This document shows, piece after piece, positions 44,891 through 54,245 of a stretch of DNA of 60,138 nt (its first letter is position 1; every line of letters begins with the position of its first letter). The notes below the pieces were generated by a model that saw only the letters and a program-made list of their open reading frames with translations, did not search any database and was not told the origin of the DNA. Made by a program: the position numbers and the translations under genes. The stretch comes from an uncultured Bacillota bacterium (lineage in GTDB: Bacteria > Bacillota > Clostridia > Christensenellales > UBA1242), in assembly GCA_949296805.1 (NCBI GenBank), contig CASFPO010000027.1:1-60138 (forward strand), read 5' to 3'.

Positions 44891-45408
44891 ATTATAAGTT
44901 TTACACCTCCTGCAAACATAACTATAGCAAAGATTATCTGTACATACTTTGGTGGTAAAACTTTTAAGCAAATCGCCCCAATAAGACCGCCTGCCACTTC
45001 GCCTAGTCCAATTGTAAGCAGTGGCAGAGAGGCAATATAGCCGTTTATCACATAGATGAAAGCAGAGATTAAACTTAGTGGATAGATAACCGCAATCGCA
45101 CTTGCGTGTGACTGTTTTGCGTCTAAAGAGAGTACTTTTTGTAGTATCGGAACGCAAATCATCCCTCCACCGCCACCAAAAAAGCCATTCAAAAAACCTA
45201 TCACACCACCGTTTAATAGCAAGATAAATTTATGTTTTTTTGACAGTTTTTTGTCAGAATTTGCACCTTTTTGGCTTGATTTTCCCTTACCTTTACCTTT
45301 CGACAGAATACGCACAGCAAAATAGCTTGTTTTTTTGATATTGCCTTGCAATTTTGCACATTTTAAATTGTAACCATTTATCTTAACGATATTTTTTGCA
45401 TCTTTCAT
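44887..45408 (-). CDS. TSUP (TauE/SafE) transporter, N-terminal half-size subunit with Lys-rich extension
   Basis: 173 aa with the GGGGGMICVPIL motif. Its TGA stop overlaps the ATG of the next half (ATGA). Confidence 0.7.
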   Translation of the reverse strand: MKDAKNIVKINGYNLKCAKLQGNIKKTSYFAVRILSKGKGKGKSSQKGANSDKKLSKKHKFILLLNGGVIGFLNGFFGGGGGMICVPILQKVLSLDAKQSHASAIAVIYPLSLISAFIYVINGYIASLPLLTIGLGEVAGGLIGAICLKVLPPKYVQIIFAIVMFAGGVKLII

Positions 45409-45440
45409 ATAACTATTATGAATAAATATTAAAAAAATAT

Positions 45441-45469
45441 TTGATTAAAGTTGATAAATGTTGTATACT
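45441..45469 (+). promoter_or_regulatory. candidate sigma-A promoter of the 1126-aa surface protein gene
   Basis: TTGATT, 17-nt spacer, TATACT. Two hairpins follow in the leader. Confidence 0.5.
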
Positions 45470-45568
45470 ACTAAGGTAAATATTTGAGTATAAGTTTTTA
45501 TGCTCAAAACATGTTTGCAAATATGTGCAAATTATTATTTTAAATCAAAATTTACTAAAAGGTGGATT

Positions 45569-48500
45569 ATGGCTAAATTTAAAGGTACATTAAAAAATAA
45601 ACTTTTTCAGATAATTGCAATCTTTCTTTGTCCGTTTGCTCTTTTGGGCGGGCTTGCCTCACTTGGAAGTATTAGTGTAAGTTATGGTGTGACTGCAAAA
45701 GATTATGATTATAGCGTCAGTAACCCAGTAGAGCTATTTAACTCTGACTTCACAGATGGCACTGTTGCCTCGGCAGGCAATACTTTAAGTGGATGGAGCG
45801 TTACCGATGACTCATCGCAGTCAAATGCTACTGCTATGTTTGTCGATGTAGGCACTGGTACTAGTTCGGAAGGCGAAGGCTCAAACACAACTTTTAACAG
45901 AGATCAAGAAACCTATATGCTTCAGGCTAATCCTCTCTCTATTGGAGCGGATAGCAGAATCTTTATGATTAACTCAAAGCGAAATAGCAATGATAAAGTT
46001 CACGCCTATAAAGGTTTTCATTCTAATGATATTCCTCTTGCGGCTAACTCCTACTATATCATCTCAGTGCTTGTAAAAACCTCTAAAAATGGCGGAGAGG
46101 AACAGGCTAAAGCCTCTGTATATCTCTCTGGCTTGCAAGATGAAGCTGGCAACCCTATAAACGCAGGGATAGAAAATATTACCACAGAAACTTGGCAACC
46201 ATATTTTCTACACGTGGCAACTGGCTCCTCAGCTCAGACTGTAACGCTTGACTTATATCTTGGCGGACAAGGAATTAGAAGCACTGGTGTTGTATTCTTT
46301 GACGATGTAAAAATTTATAGATACTCAGAAAATGCTTTTTATGACTATTGCTATCCAAGAGGTTATAGCGAAGATAACGCCCTTAACACCACAGGCGGAA
46401 AGTATGCCTTTTTAGTAAGTGGTTTAAAAAATACCTCTTCTTTGATTGATACAAGCGATTATAACTTTGATTTTGAGCAACCAAACAATACTGATAGCAC
46501 TCTTGGCGAGAGCTGGAGCAAAATAAATAGTAAAAATGGACATGCAAGCATTGTAAATATTAAAACTATCTCCCCTAACGAATTTTTTAACTTAACTCAA
46601 GCTACCTATGTTGGAGACGATTTAACCTACAATAATAGCAACGCACTTGTGCTTTACACTGGTGGCAAAGATGGCTTTGTGGGCGTTGCCTCTAAAGAAT
46701 TTGAGATTAAAGCTCACGGAGTGTACAAGGTATCCTTTAATGTAAAGGTATCAGAGATTACAAGTGGCTCTTTCTATTTTAAAGTAAAAGAAAATGATAC
46801 TATTTATAACACCTACAGTCAACTTATCACAAGTGACCCAGAGGATGAGACTAAAGATTATCTTCCACTCCAAGAAGAACAAACAAGTTCAATAAGTTCT
46901 AACCTTGAAAGTGAATACACAAACAATTATCAAACTGTGGAATTTTATATCAAAGGTCACACTCTTTATGACACTTATGTAAACTTTGAGTTCTGGCTTG
47001 GCGATAGCACAACTTCAGCAAACGGTTGCGTGGTTATTGATAATATTACAGTAGAGTACGCAACTGATGAAGCACTTGCTAGTGCGTCAAAATCGCTAAT
47101 TCTTTCTGCAACCTCTTCTTCTAGCATTGCAAACGGCAACTTTAACTCAACTCAAGCTGACCGAGATACCCTAACCTATCCAATGACCGCTACTGATTGG
47201 ACAGTAGAACAAGAAGACGAAGCTTACAACAAAGCAGGAATTGTTTATCTTTATAACAAAGCAACTTTTGACAGTATGTATGCAGGCGAAGAATATGACT
47301 TTTTAGGAGCATATCCAGGGCATCCAACAAATAACACTGGTGTTGACTTGCCAAACAATGTATATCTTATGTACAACAGCCGAGATAGTTATCAATCAAT
47401 CACTTCGGCTAGCTACCCGCTCTCAGCTGACTCATACTATAAAGTTTCTTTCAATTATTATATTCCTGCTTTGACTGGCACAGCTATCTCTTTTGAGATA
47501 GTTGACGAAAACGGAATTTCACTGTTTTATCAAGACGGGATTATCGGCTACAACCGTTGGGACACTGCTGAAGTTTACATTCACACCGCAAGAGTTATTT
47601 CTCACAACATACAGATAATTATCAATCTTGGCGAGGCTGATGCCTTAACAGCAGGTCGTGTATATATTGATAATGTTCAAGTTACAAGCTCTAGTGCTGA
47701 CGAATATGCACTTTCTCAAATTAACAGAGTTGGCATTACTAAAAACTTGCTCACTTTAGAAAACTCTGGCTCTGCAACAAACATTATTACCTCAAGCCCT
47801 GCCTATGACTTTACTGTAAGCTCTACCGATACCTATGCAGAAGGCGGTATGATTAGTGGAAAAGAAAACCTTTTTGGAGAAGAATTTGTAAGTGATAAAG
47901 ATTACCTTATAATCAAAACTCATTACGCAAGCGAGGCAACCCTTACTTCAAAATATAATTTAACTTTGTCTAGTGAAGATGCTTATTACCTTTTAACCTT
48001 TGACCTTGCAACAATCTTTGACGAATTTTCTTCGGCAGAAGAAATCCACGATGAATGCAACTATGGTGTTACAGTTACTATTGATGGTTTTGAACCTATT
48101 ACTCAAATTTTAACTGATGGTCAGCTAAAGAGTATCAAAGTGTATTTAAACAGCACCACTGAGATGACACCAACGATTGCCTTTACGCTAGTTTCTGACT
48201 GCGACAGAACTATTGGCACAGCACTTATAAACAATATTGACATAGATGTAGCAACCGCCTCTGAATATTCAAACGCTCAAACAAGCTCTGGCTTTGGCAG
48301 TACTACTTTTGTAGCCGAACTTTCTGAGCAGACTCCTAGTGATGAAGGCACAGAAGATGACAGTGAAGAGGACACTACCGAGCCTACCACTGAGCCTACT
48401 TCGCCTTGGCTTTTAATATCATCTCTTATCTTTGGACTAGCAATTATAGTTGCAATCATTGGTTTTGCTTTAAGACATATCAAGATTAAGAAAATTGAGA

Positions 48501-48949
48501 AGATCAGAAAAGAAAATTATGACAGAAAACTTTCTAAAAATCACGATGTCATTTTAGTTGAAGCCCAAAAACGCAGAGACCAAGAAGTGCAAGATCTTAT
48601 GCAAGCTAAAAAGATGCTAGAAGTCGATAAAGCTAAGTTGGAAGAAAATCATAAGGCATTTGTAAAAGAAAACAGAGTTTCTGGCAAAGGAATTTCTAAA
48701 GAGCTAGAAAAAGCTATCAAGAAGTACAATAATGATATAATCAGACTTGATGAAAAGATTAGCATAATCTCTGAAAAGATTGACACAGTTATGTCAGCTG
48801 AATATCTATTAACTTTGGAGCGAAGAATTGTAGCTGAAGAAGATGCCATCTATAAAAATGAAAAGAAGGCTTATAAAACTCAGCTCAAAGAGATAAAAAA
48901 GCTAGAAAAAGATAGACATAACAAGCCTACTTTAGATGATAAAAAATAA
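45569..48949 (+). CDS. type-I membrane protein with four jelly-roll/CBM-like extracellular modules, one TM and a cytoplasmic coiled-coil tail
   Basis: Start moved to MAKFKG (45569) after AAGGTGG. Four modules each end in a motif like VFFDDVKIYRY, VVIDNITVEYA, VYIDNVQVTSS or LINNIDIDVAT. TM is PWLLISSLIFGLAIIVAIIGFAL, followed by a Lys/Glu-rich tail of about 155 aa. Confidence 0.8.
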   Translation: MAKFKGTLKNKLFQIIAIFLCPFALLGGLASLGSISVSYGVTAKDYDYSVSNPVELFNSDFTDGTVASAGNTLSGWSVTDDSSQSNATAMFVDVGTGTSSEGEGSNTTFNRDQETYMLQANPLSIGADSRIFMINSKRNSNDKVHAYKGFHSNDIPLAANSYYIISVLVKTSKNGGEEQAKASVYLSGLQDEAGNPINAGIENITTETWQPYFLHVATGSSAQTVTLDLYLGGQGIRSTGVVFFDDVKIYRYSENAFYDYCYPRGYSEDNALNTTGGKYAFLVSGLKNTSSLIDTSDYNFDFEQPNNTDSTLGESWSKINSKNGHASIVNIKTISPNEFFNLTQATYVGDDLTYNNSNALVLYTGGKDGFVGVASKEFEIKAHGVYKVSFNVKVSEITSGSFYFKVKENDTIYNTYSQLITSDPEDETKDYLPLQEEQTSSISSNLESEYTNNYQTVEFYIKGHTLYDTYVNFEFWLGDSTTSANGCVVIDNITVEYATDEALASASKSLILSATSSSSIANGNFNSTQADRDTLTYPMTATDWTVEQEDEAYNKAGIVYLYNKATFDSMYAGEEYDFLGAYPGHPTNNTGVDLPNNVYLMYNSRDSYQSITSASYPLSADSYYKVSFNYYIPALTGTAISFEIVDENGISLFYQDGIIGYNRWDTAEVYIHTARVISHNIQIIINLGEADALTAGRVYIDNVQVTSSSADEYALSQINRVGITKNLLTLENSGSATNIITSSPAYDFTVSSTDTYAEGGMISGKENLFGEEFVSDKDYLIIKTHYASEATLTSKYNLTLSSEDAYYLLTFDLATIFDEFSSAEEIHDECNYGVTVTIDGFEPITQILTDGQLKSIKVYLNSTTEMTPTIAFTLVSDCDRTIGTALINNIDIDVATASEYSNAQTSSGFGSTTFVAELSEQTPSDEGTEDDSEEDTTEPTTEPTSPWLLISSLIFGLAIIVAIIGFALRHIKIKKIEKIRKENYDRKLSKNHDVILVEAQKRRDQEVQDLMQAKKMLEVDKAKLEENHKAFVKENRVSGKGISKELEKAIKKYNNDIIRLDEKISIISEKIDTVMSAEYLLTLERRIVAEEDAIYKNEKKAYKTQLKEIKKLEKDRHNKPTLDDKK

Positions 48950-48964
48950 ATCTAAACATAACAA

Positions 48965-48994
48965 AAAATGCAATCAATTGTGATTGCATTTTTT
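48965..48994 (+). terminator. intrinsic (bidirectional) terminator
   Basis: AAAATGCAATCA-ATTG-TGATTGCATTTT, flanked by an A-run and a T-run. Confidence 0.85.
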
Positions 48995-49120
48995 GTTGCT
49001 TAATAAAACAAATTCTAACAATTTGCTAGCTATTCAAACTGCTTGTGCTTGCAAATTAATTGGTTATCGGTTATTCTAAAGCATAGAACACTAACCTTTT
49101 TAAATCGATTTTAAGCTAAA

Positions 49121-49624
49121 CTATTCTTCGTCATCATCATAATCAAAGTCGTCTTCGTCAAGCTCATCTTCGTCAAGGTCATCTTCTTCATCTTCCTCGT
49201 CGTCCTCGTCGAATTCCTCATCATCAAAAGAGATATCAGCGTCTTCATCGTCAAAATCTAGTCCAGTTGACATATCGTCATCGTCAAGTAAAGTAGATTT
49301 TGTTATATCATTTACAGATGCCATATCGCCTGTTTCGTCATCAAGCGTCATAACGTCATCTTGGTCATCTCTGATAATATAATCTTCCCAATCTGAGTTA
49401 AGCTCGCCATCTTCGTTTTGATGTTCTTTTAGACAGCTAGCGCACATAATCTCATCAGGCTGAATATAATTGGTTTTACAAATAGGGCAAAGCTCTAGGT
49501 CAATATCATCCACATAGTCCTTTTTAGCTTCCATCTCCGACTTGCAAACAGGACAAAACTTATCCTTTTTTTGTATATAGTTTAGTTCACATCTAGGGCA
49601 CCTAATATAAACTGGTTTTTTCAT
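49121..49624 (-). CDS. double zinc-ribbon protein with extremely acidic C-terminal tail
   Basis: 167 aa with CPRC..NYIQ..CPVC and CPIC..NYIQ..CASC motifs. 39 of the last 54 residues are Asp or Glu (hand count). Confidence 0.7.
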   Translation of the reverse strand: MKKPVYIRCPRCELNYIQKKDKFCPVCKSEMEAKKDYVDDIDLELCPICKTNYIQPDEIMCASCLKEHQNEDGELNSDWEDYIIRDDQDDVMTLDDETGDMASVNDITKSTLLDDDDMSTGLDFDDEDADISFDDEEFDEDDEEDEEDDLDEDELDEDDFDYDDDEE

Positions 49625-49773
49625 AATAATCTCCTTTAATTATCTTCTAATTAAAATTTTACTTTAAAAGGTTTTACCTTTTTAAAGCTTGGTAGCATTT
49701 TTAATTTGCTTAACACATTATACATTTATATTATAAAAATGTCTATTATTTTTTACCATTTTTTAATATAATT

Positions 49774-50421
49774 TTAAACTTTTTTATCCTTTAGTTCAAG
49801 GCTAACCTCTGCTTGACTTTTTCTAAGATAAAGTGGCTTTAGTTCGCTATCGGGTGTAAATTTGTTTTGCTCATAATACTGCTGGCTAAGAGAAAGTAGC
49901 TCCTCTGGGGAAGGTTGCACTTGAATGTCGCCTACTCCCTCTTCTTTTAGTCCCACTCGAGTGCCTTGCAAACTTTCATACTGCTCTTTGGTTATAACTT
50001 TAGCCTCTTCTACCATTTTACCAGAGCTATCAAACTTGCTTACATAATATAGTCCGCTCAAGGCATCAAGCACAACATAAAAGTCTTGCTCTGGCTTAAA
50101 ATTTTGCAGATAGCTATATGCGATAAGTTCAAAACTCGTAAGTGCTACAATTTTTCTTTCCACGCCCTGATTAAATCCTTTAATAAGTGCCACCCCTATT
50201 CTAATTCCTGTAAAGGAGCCTGCCCCTACGACCACGGCATAGCAATCGTTATCCTTAAGGCTATAGCCGATTTCATCTAGCATTTTGTCAATTGCTGGCA
50301 AAACATTTTCAGAATGTTTGCAGTTTGCATCAAGTGTTTTAAAGCTTGTTTTATCCTTTATCTTTATGGCAATCAAAGCCTCTTTATTTGCTGTTGATAG
50401 TGCTATCATCTTCCGCTCCAA
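49774..50421 (-). CDS. tsaB: tRNA t6A37 biosynthesis protein TsaB
   Basis: GAGSFTGIRIG motif and length typical of TsaB. The start may be the MIALS ATG at 50409. Confidence 0.85.
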   Translation of the reverse strand: MERKMIALSTANKEALIAIKIKDKTSFKTLDANCKHSENVLPAIDKMLDEIGYSLKDNDCYAVVVGAGSFTGIRIGVALIKGFNQGVERKIVALTSFELIAYSYLQNFKPEQDFYVVLDALSGLYYVSKFDSSGKMVEEAKVITKEQYESLQGTRVGLKEEGVGDIQVQPSPEELLSLSQQYYEQNKFTPDSELKPLYLRKSQAEVSLELKDKKV

Positions 50422-50845
50422 CTATAATTTTTCTTTTATTGCCCTCAAGCGATTGCAGGTCTATTTCAATATGCGGGCATTTGATAAGTCCTTCCACTCG
50501 CTCTGGCCACTCAACAAAGACAATTCCATCCAAGGTTTCTAGGTTAAAGTACTCCTCAAAGCCAAGATCCTCTGCCTCTTCCAAAGATGAAAGCCTATAC
50601 ATATCAAAGTGGTAGACTGGGCATCTTCCACCCTCGTATACATTTAACAGCGTAAAGGTTGGGCTTGTGACAAGCTCATCACTGCCAAGCCCTTTGACAA
50701 AGCCTTTTACAAAATGAGTTTTGCCTGCACCTAGGTCGCCTTTTAAAGTAAAGACCACACCCTTGCCCACCGTCTTTGCAAGTTTTTGAGCAAAGAGCAT
50801 AGTCTCCTCTTCATTATTTGTTATAACTGAAAAAACTTTTTTCAT
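50384..50845 (-). CDS. tsaE: tRNA t6A37 biosynthesis ATPase TsaE
   Basis: Start taken at MKKVFSV (50845) after AGGAGA. GDLGAGKT, SPTF and HFDMYR motifs. Confidence 0.85.
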   Translation of the reverse strand: MKKVFSVITNNEEETMLFAQKLAKTVGKGVVFTLKGDLGAGKTHFVKGFVKGLGSDELVTSPTFTLLNVYEGGRCPVYHFDMYRLSSLEEAEDLGFEEYFNLETLDGIVFVEWPERVEGLIKCPHIEIDLQSLEGNKRKIIVGAEDDSTINSK

Positions 50846-51012
50846 ACTTCTCCTGTAAATGATAAGTTTGCCAAAAAATATTTTTATCTTAAGCAAAATG
50901 CGACTATCAATCGATGCCACCTTTTTGTCATAAAGCTTGCTTAAGTATAACTTTCTTAACCTCGACTTTTGCATATATAGTATAGCACATTATCTAAATT
51001 TATTAAAGCCAA

Positions 51013-51579
51013 TTAGCGATTATACAAAAATTTCCGCTTTTGGATTAGCTTGTAAAGCACAATCGCTATCAAGCCAAAGATAACACCCTCGGCTATGCCT
51101 ATCAAAACATCACTTAAATAGTGAACACCAAGCACCATTCTTGAATAGCCAATCAGCAAAGGAAAAAGCACACAAAAGATTCCGCAAAGGGCTTTTGTTC
51201 CTTTACTTTTGGTGGTTGTTAAAAAAGTATAGAACAAAAAGGTAGCAAAAAGCCCTGCACAGTTGCTATGCCCTGAAGGTGTGCTGTAGCCCTCCTCGTT
51301 GCCATAGTTGATTATCTGCGAATATGTAACAAACGGCCTATCCCTCATAATAATAAGTTTTAAAAAGTGATTAAAAATAGAGGCTAGAATAAAGGTTATC
51401 ACAAAAACAACGCTCAGCCTTTTATCTCTAAAAAAGATCACAGCAAAAAAGATTAAAAAACCAAGATAGCTTCCAAATAAAGTGATAAACTGAAATAAAG
51501 TTATCCAGCCAGTGCTAGCGTTTGACTGCAAGAATATTATAATTTTAGCTTCAAAATCCATATATCTATATTGTATCAA
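51013..51579 (-). CDS. PAP2-family phosphatase (membrane)
   Basis: KLIIMRDRP, PSGHS and SRMVLGVHYLSD acid-phosphatase motifs within a polytopic protein. Confidence 0.75.
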   Translation of the reverse strand: MIQYRYMDFEAKIIIFLQSNASTGWITLFQFITLFGSYLGFLIFFAVIFFRDKRLSVVFVITFILASIFNHFLKLIIMRDRPFVTYSQIINYGNEEGYSTPSGHSNCAGLFATFLFYTFLTTTKSKGTKALCGIFCVLFPLLIGYSRMVLGVHYLSDVLIGIAEGVIFGLIAIVLYKLIQKRKFLYNR

Positions 51580-51742
51580 AATTATACAAAAAAACCAACA
51601 AAGTAACTTAAAATTAAAAATTTTGCAAAAGAAAATTGGACAAGTCTATACTTTAGTGAGTTATTTACATTAATTTTTGACTAAACTTTATAAAAAAAGG
51701 ATAGCATTTTTCTTAACCCTTAGAGTTAAAACGCTATCTTTT

Positions 51743-52333
51743 TTAATCACTTATTTTTTTGCACACACAATAGCCGTCATCTAGGTCAAAAAATTGACAG
51801 TCAAAAGCCTTATCTTCCTTTAATAGTGCGATAAACTTACGCATATTATTGACCATTGAGCGATGTTTATGTGGCACTTTCTCCGAGCTATTTACAAGCC
51901 CGAAAAGGTTGATATTGTCAGCAAAAAGCACTCCACCGCTTGACAGAAGCTCTTTTATCAGAGGAAAATATTTAAAATATTGACCTTTTGCACCGTCCAA
52001 AAAGACCATATCATAACTTTTTTCTTCTTGCACAAGCCTTTGCAAAACTACAAAAGCGTCATCTATAAACACATTCACTCTTGCCTGCACTTTAAATTTT
52101 TTAAAGTTTTCGCTCGCCTGCCTTGCCCTAGTCTCATCCTTTTCAATAGTGTCAAGGCAAGCCGAGCTATTTAGTAGCATAAGCAGTCCTGAGTAGCCAA
52201 TCGCAGTGCCTATTTCAAGAATATTCTTTTTATCTTTACATATTTCAGTCAACGCTTGCGAGGTGTTATCTCTAACAATAGGCACAAAGTTTGCCTTTGC
52301 GTATTTTTTGATTTCATCTAAGCTATAAGTCAT
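51743..52333 (-). CDS. class I SAM-dependent O-methyltransferase (YrrM/TrmR-like)
   Basis: ILEIGTAIGYS SAM motif and FLDGAK motif, 196 aa. Confidence 0.7.
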   Translation of the reverse strand: MTYSLDEIKKYAKANFVPIVRDNTSQALTEICKDKKNILEIGTAIGYSGLLMLLNSSACLDTIEKDETRARQASENFKKFKVQARVNVFIDDAFVVLQRLVQEEKSYDMVFLDGAKGQYFKYFPLIKELLSSGGVLFADNINLFGLVNSSEKVPHKHRSMVNNMRKFIALLKEDKAFDCQFFDLDDGYCVCKKISD

Positions 52334-52342
52334 AAAGCTCCT

Positions 52343-53998
52343 TTAATCAAGAGAGACTATAGTCAAAATCATTGGTCTGCGTTTGGTACGCTTAAAGATA
52401 AAGTTTGAAAGATTTCTTCTAAGAGAGGCTCTTATAACTGAAGGCTCAACACCTCGCAAATCGCTTTCCTTGAGTGAAGCGATTATGCACGCCTTGGCAT
52501 CTTGAACAAAGCTTTCCTGCTCGTCAGCATAGACCACTCCTCTTGTTATGATAAATGGCTCGCCTGTAACCTCGCCTGCTACATTATTGATATTTACACA
52601 TACCACACAGATACCATCCTCGGCAAGCTGTTTTCTCTCCCTAAGAACATTGCTATCCATATCGCCAATGCCCATACCGTCAACCAGGCGTTGCCCAGCT
52701 TTGACAAAGCCCACTTCTTTGATAGAATTGTTACCAACCTCTACCTGCATACCCATACTTGGAAGAAGAACATTTCTTTGCTCCATACCCAGTGCAAGTG
52801 CTAGCTCCTTATGAGTTTTAAGATGGCGATACTCTCCGTGAATTGGCATAAAGAATTTTGGTCTAACTAAGCTATGCATAAGTTTTAGCTCTTCTTGGCA
52901 AGCGTGCCCTGAGGTGTGGACTTCAGCCAGCTCGTCATATATCACATCAGCACCAAGTTTGTAAAGAGCGTTGATAACATTATACACATTCTTCTCGTTG
53001 CCCGGGATTGGAGATGCCGAAAGGATGACAAGGTCATTATTCCTGATTTTTACACTCTTAAATTCTCCCGCTGCCATTCTAGTTAAAGCACTCATCGGCT
53101 CGCCTTGACTACCTGTCGTCATAATAAGTATCTCTTTATCGTCAAGTTTGTCAACCTTTTCAATATCTACGATATTGTCCTTATTATAGCTAAGCTCGCC
53201 TATTTTCATAGCAACTTCGCTAACGTTAATCATACTTCTGCCAGTAAAAGCAATCTTACGCTTATATTTTTCTGCTATATCCATAATCTGTTGCATTCTG
53301 TGAATGTTAGAGGCAAAAGTTGCCACGATAATTCTGTTTTCTGCGTGACTTTTGATAATTTCTTCAAGTGTGCGTCCTACCGACTTTTCACTCATAGAGT
53401 AACCTTTTCGGCAAACGTTGGTACTTTCGCAAAGCAAAAGGCTAACACCCTTTCTGCCTATTTCTCCCAGTCTTGGTAAGTCGGTCATAACGCCATCAAT
53501 AGGCTCATAGTCTATCTTAAAGTCGCCTGTATGCACAACTGTACCTGCTGGCGTAGTAATAGCAAGGGCAAGCGAACCTGCAATAGAGTGACTTACCTTA
53601 ATAAATTCTATAGAAAAATTGCCTATTTTAAGCACATTTTTAGGTTTAACAGAGATAGCTTTGTATTTAATCTTTGGATACTCCTTCATCTTGTTTTCAA
53701 CAAGTGCAAGAGTAAGCCTTGTTCCATAAATTGGCACATTAATCTGCTGAAGCAAAAAGGGTACAGCACCGATATGGTCCTCGTGGCCGTGAGTGAGCAG
53801 AAGTGCCTTGATTTTTTCTTTATTTTCGATTAAGTAGGTCATATCAGGAATTACAATATCTACGCCTGGGAGTTCTTCATCTGGAAAGGTAAGCCCTGCA
53901 TCAACTACAATAATCTCATCATTATACTCAAGTGCTGTCATATTTTTCCCGATTTCGCCTACTCCACCTAAGAAAGTAACTTTTAATTTGTTATTCAA
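52343..53998 (-). CDS. rnj: ribonuclease J
   Basis: 551 aa with the GGVGEIGKN N-terminus and the HGHEDHIG metallo-beta-lactamase motif. The start codon is TTG, required to keep the conserved N-terminus. Confidence 0.9.
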   Translation of the reverse strand: MNNKLKVTFLGGVGEIGKNMTALEYNDEIIVVDAGLTFPDEELPGVDIVIPDMTYLIENKEKIKALLLTHGHEDHIGAVPFLLQQINVPIYGTRLTLALVENKMKEYPKIKYKAISVKPKNVLKIGNFSIEFIKVSHSIAGSLALAITTPAGTVVHTGDFKIDYEPIDGVMTDLPRLGEIGRKGVSLLLCESTNVCRKGYSMSEKSVGRTLEEIIKSHAENRIIVATFASNIHRMQQIMDIAEKYKRKIAFTGRSMINVSEVAMKIGELSYNKDNIVDIEKVDKLDDKEILIMTTGSQGEPMSALTRMAAGEFKSVKIRNNDLVILSASPIPGNEKNVYNVINALYKLGADVIYDELAEVHTSGHACQEELKLMHSLVRPKFFMPIHGEYRHLKTHKELALALGMEQRNVLLPSMGMQVEVGNNSIKEVGFVKAGQRLVDGMGIGDMDSNVLRERKQLAEDGICVVCVNINNVAGEVTGEPFIITRGVVYADEQESFVQDAKACIIASLKESDLRGVEPSVIRASLRRNLSNFIFKRTKRRPMILTIVSLD

Positions 53999-54245
53999 TT
54001 TTGTATTCTCCTTTTTTTTAATATTTAATAAAAACTATGTGAAAAGACTCTTTAAGTAAGTTTACCGAAAAAAGTAGACAAACTTAACTGCCCTATCACA
54101 GCTAAAAAATAGCTCTAAATAAATTATGGCTTTGTTTAATTTTTAACTATTTACAAGCAAAAAGATATGTTAACAACATAATCAATTTTGCTCTAATTTT
54201 TATCAAAACGTAATTTAAAATTTAAAATATTCTATCATACAAGGT

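Noticed and set aside
44891-45157. N-terminal 89 codons of the 209-aa track ORF 44528..45157.
   Set aside because: The translation is Arg/Cys-rich nonsense produced by reading the upstream TSUP half-gene out of frame. The real start is the ATG at 44890, which overlaps the upstream stop (ATGA).
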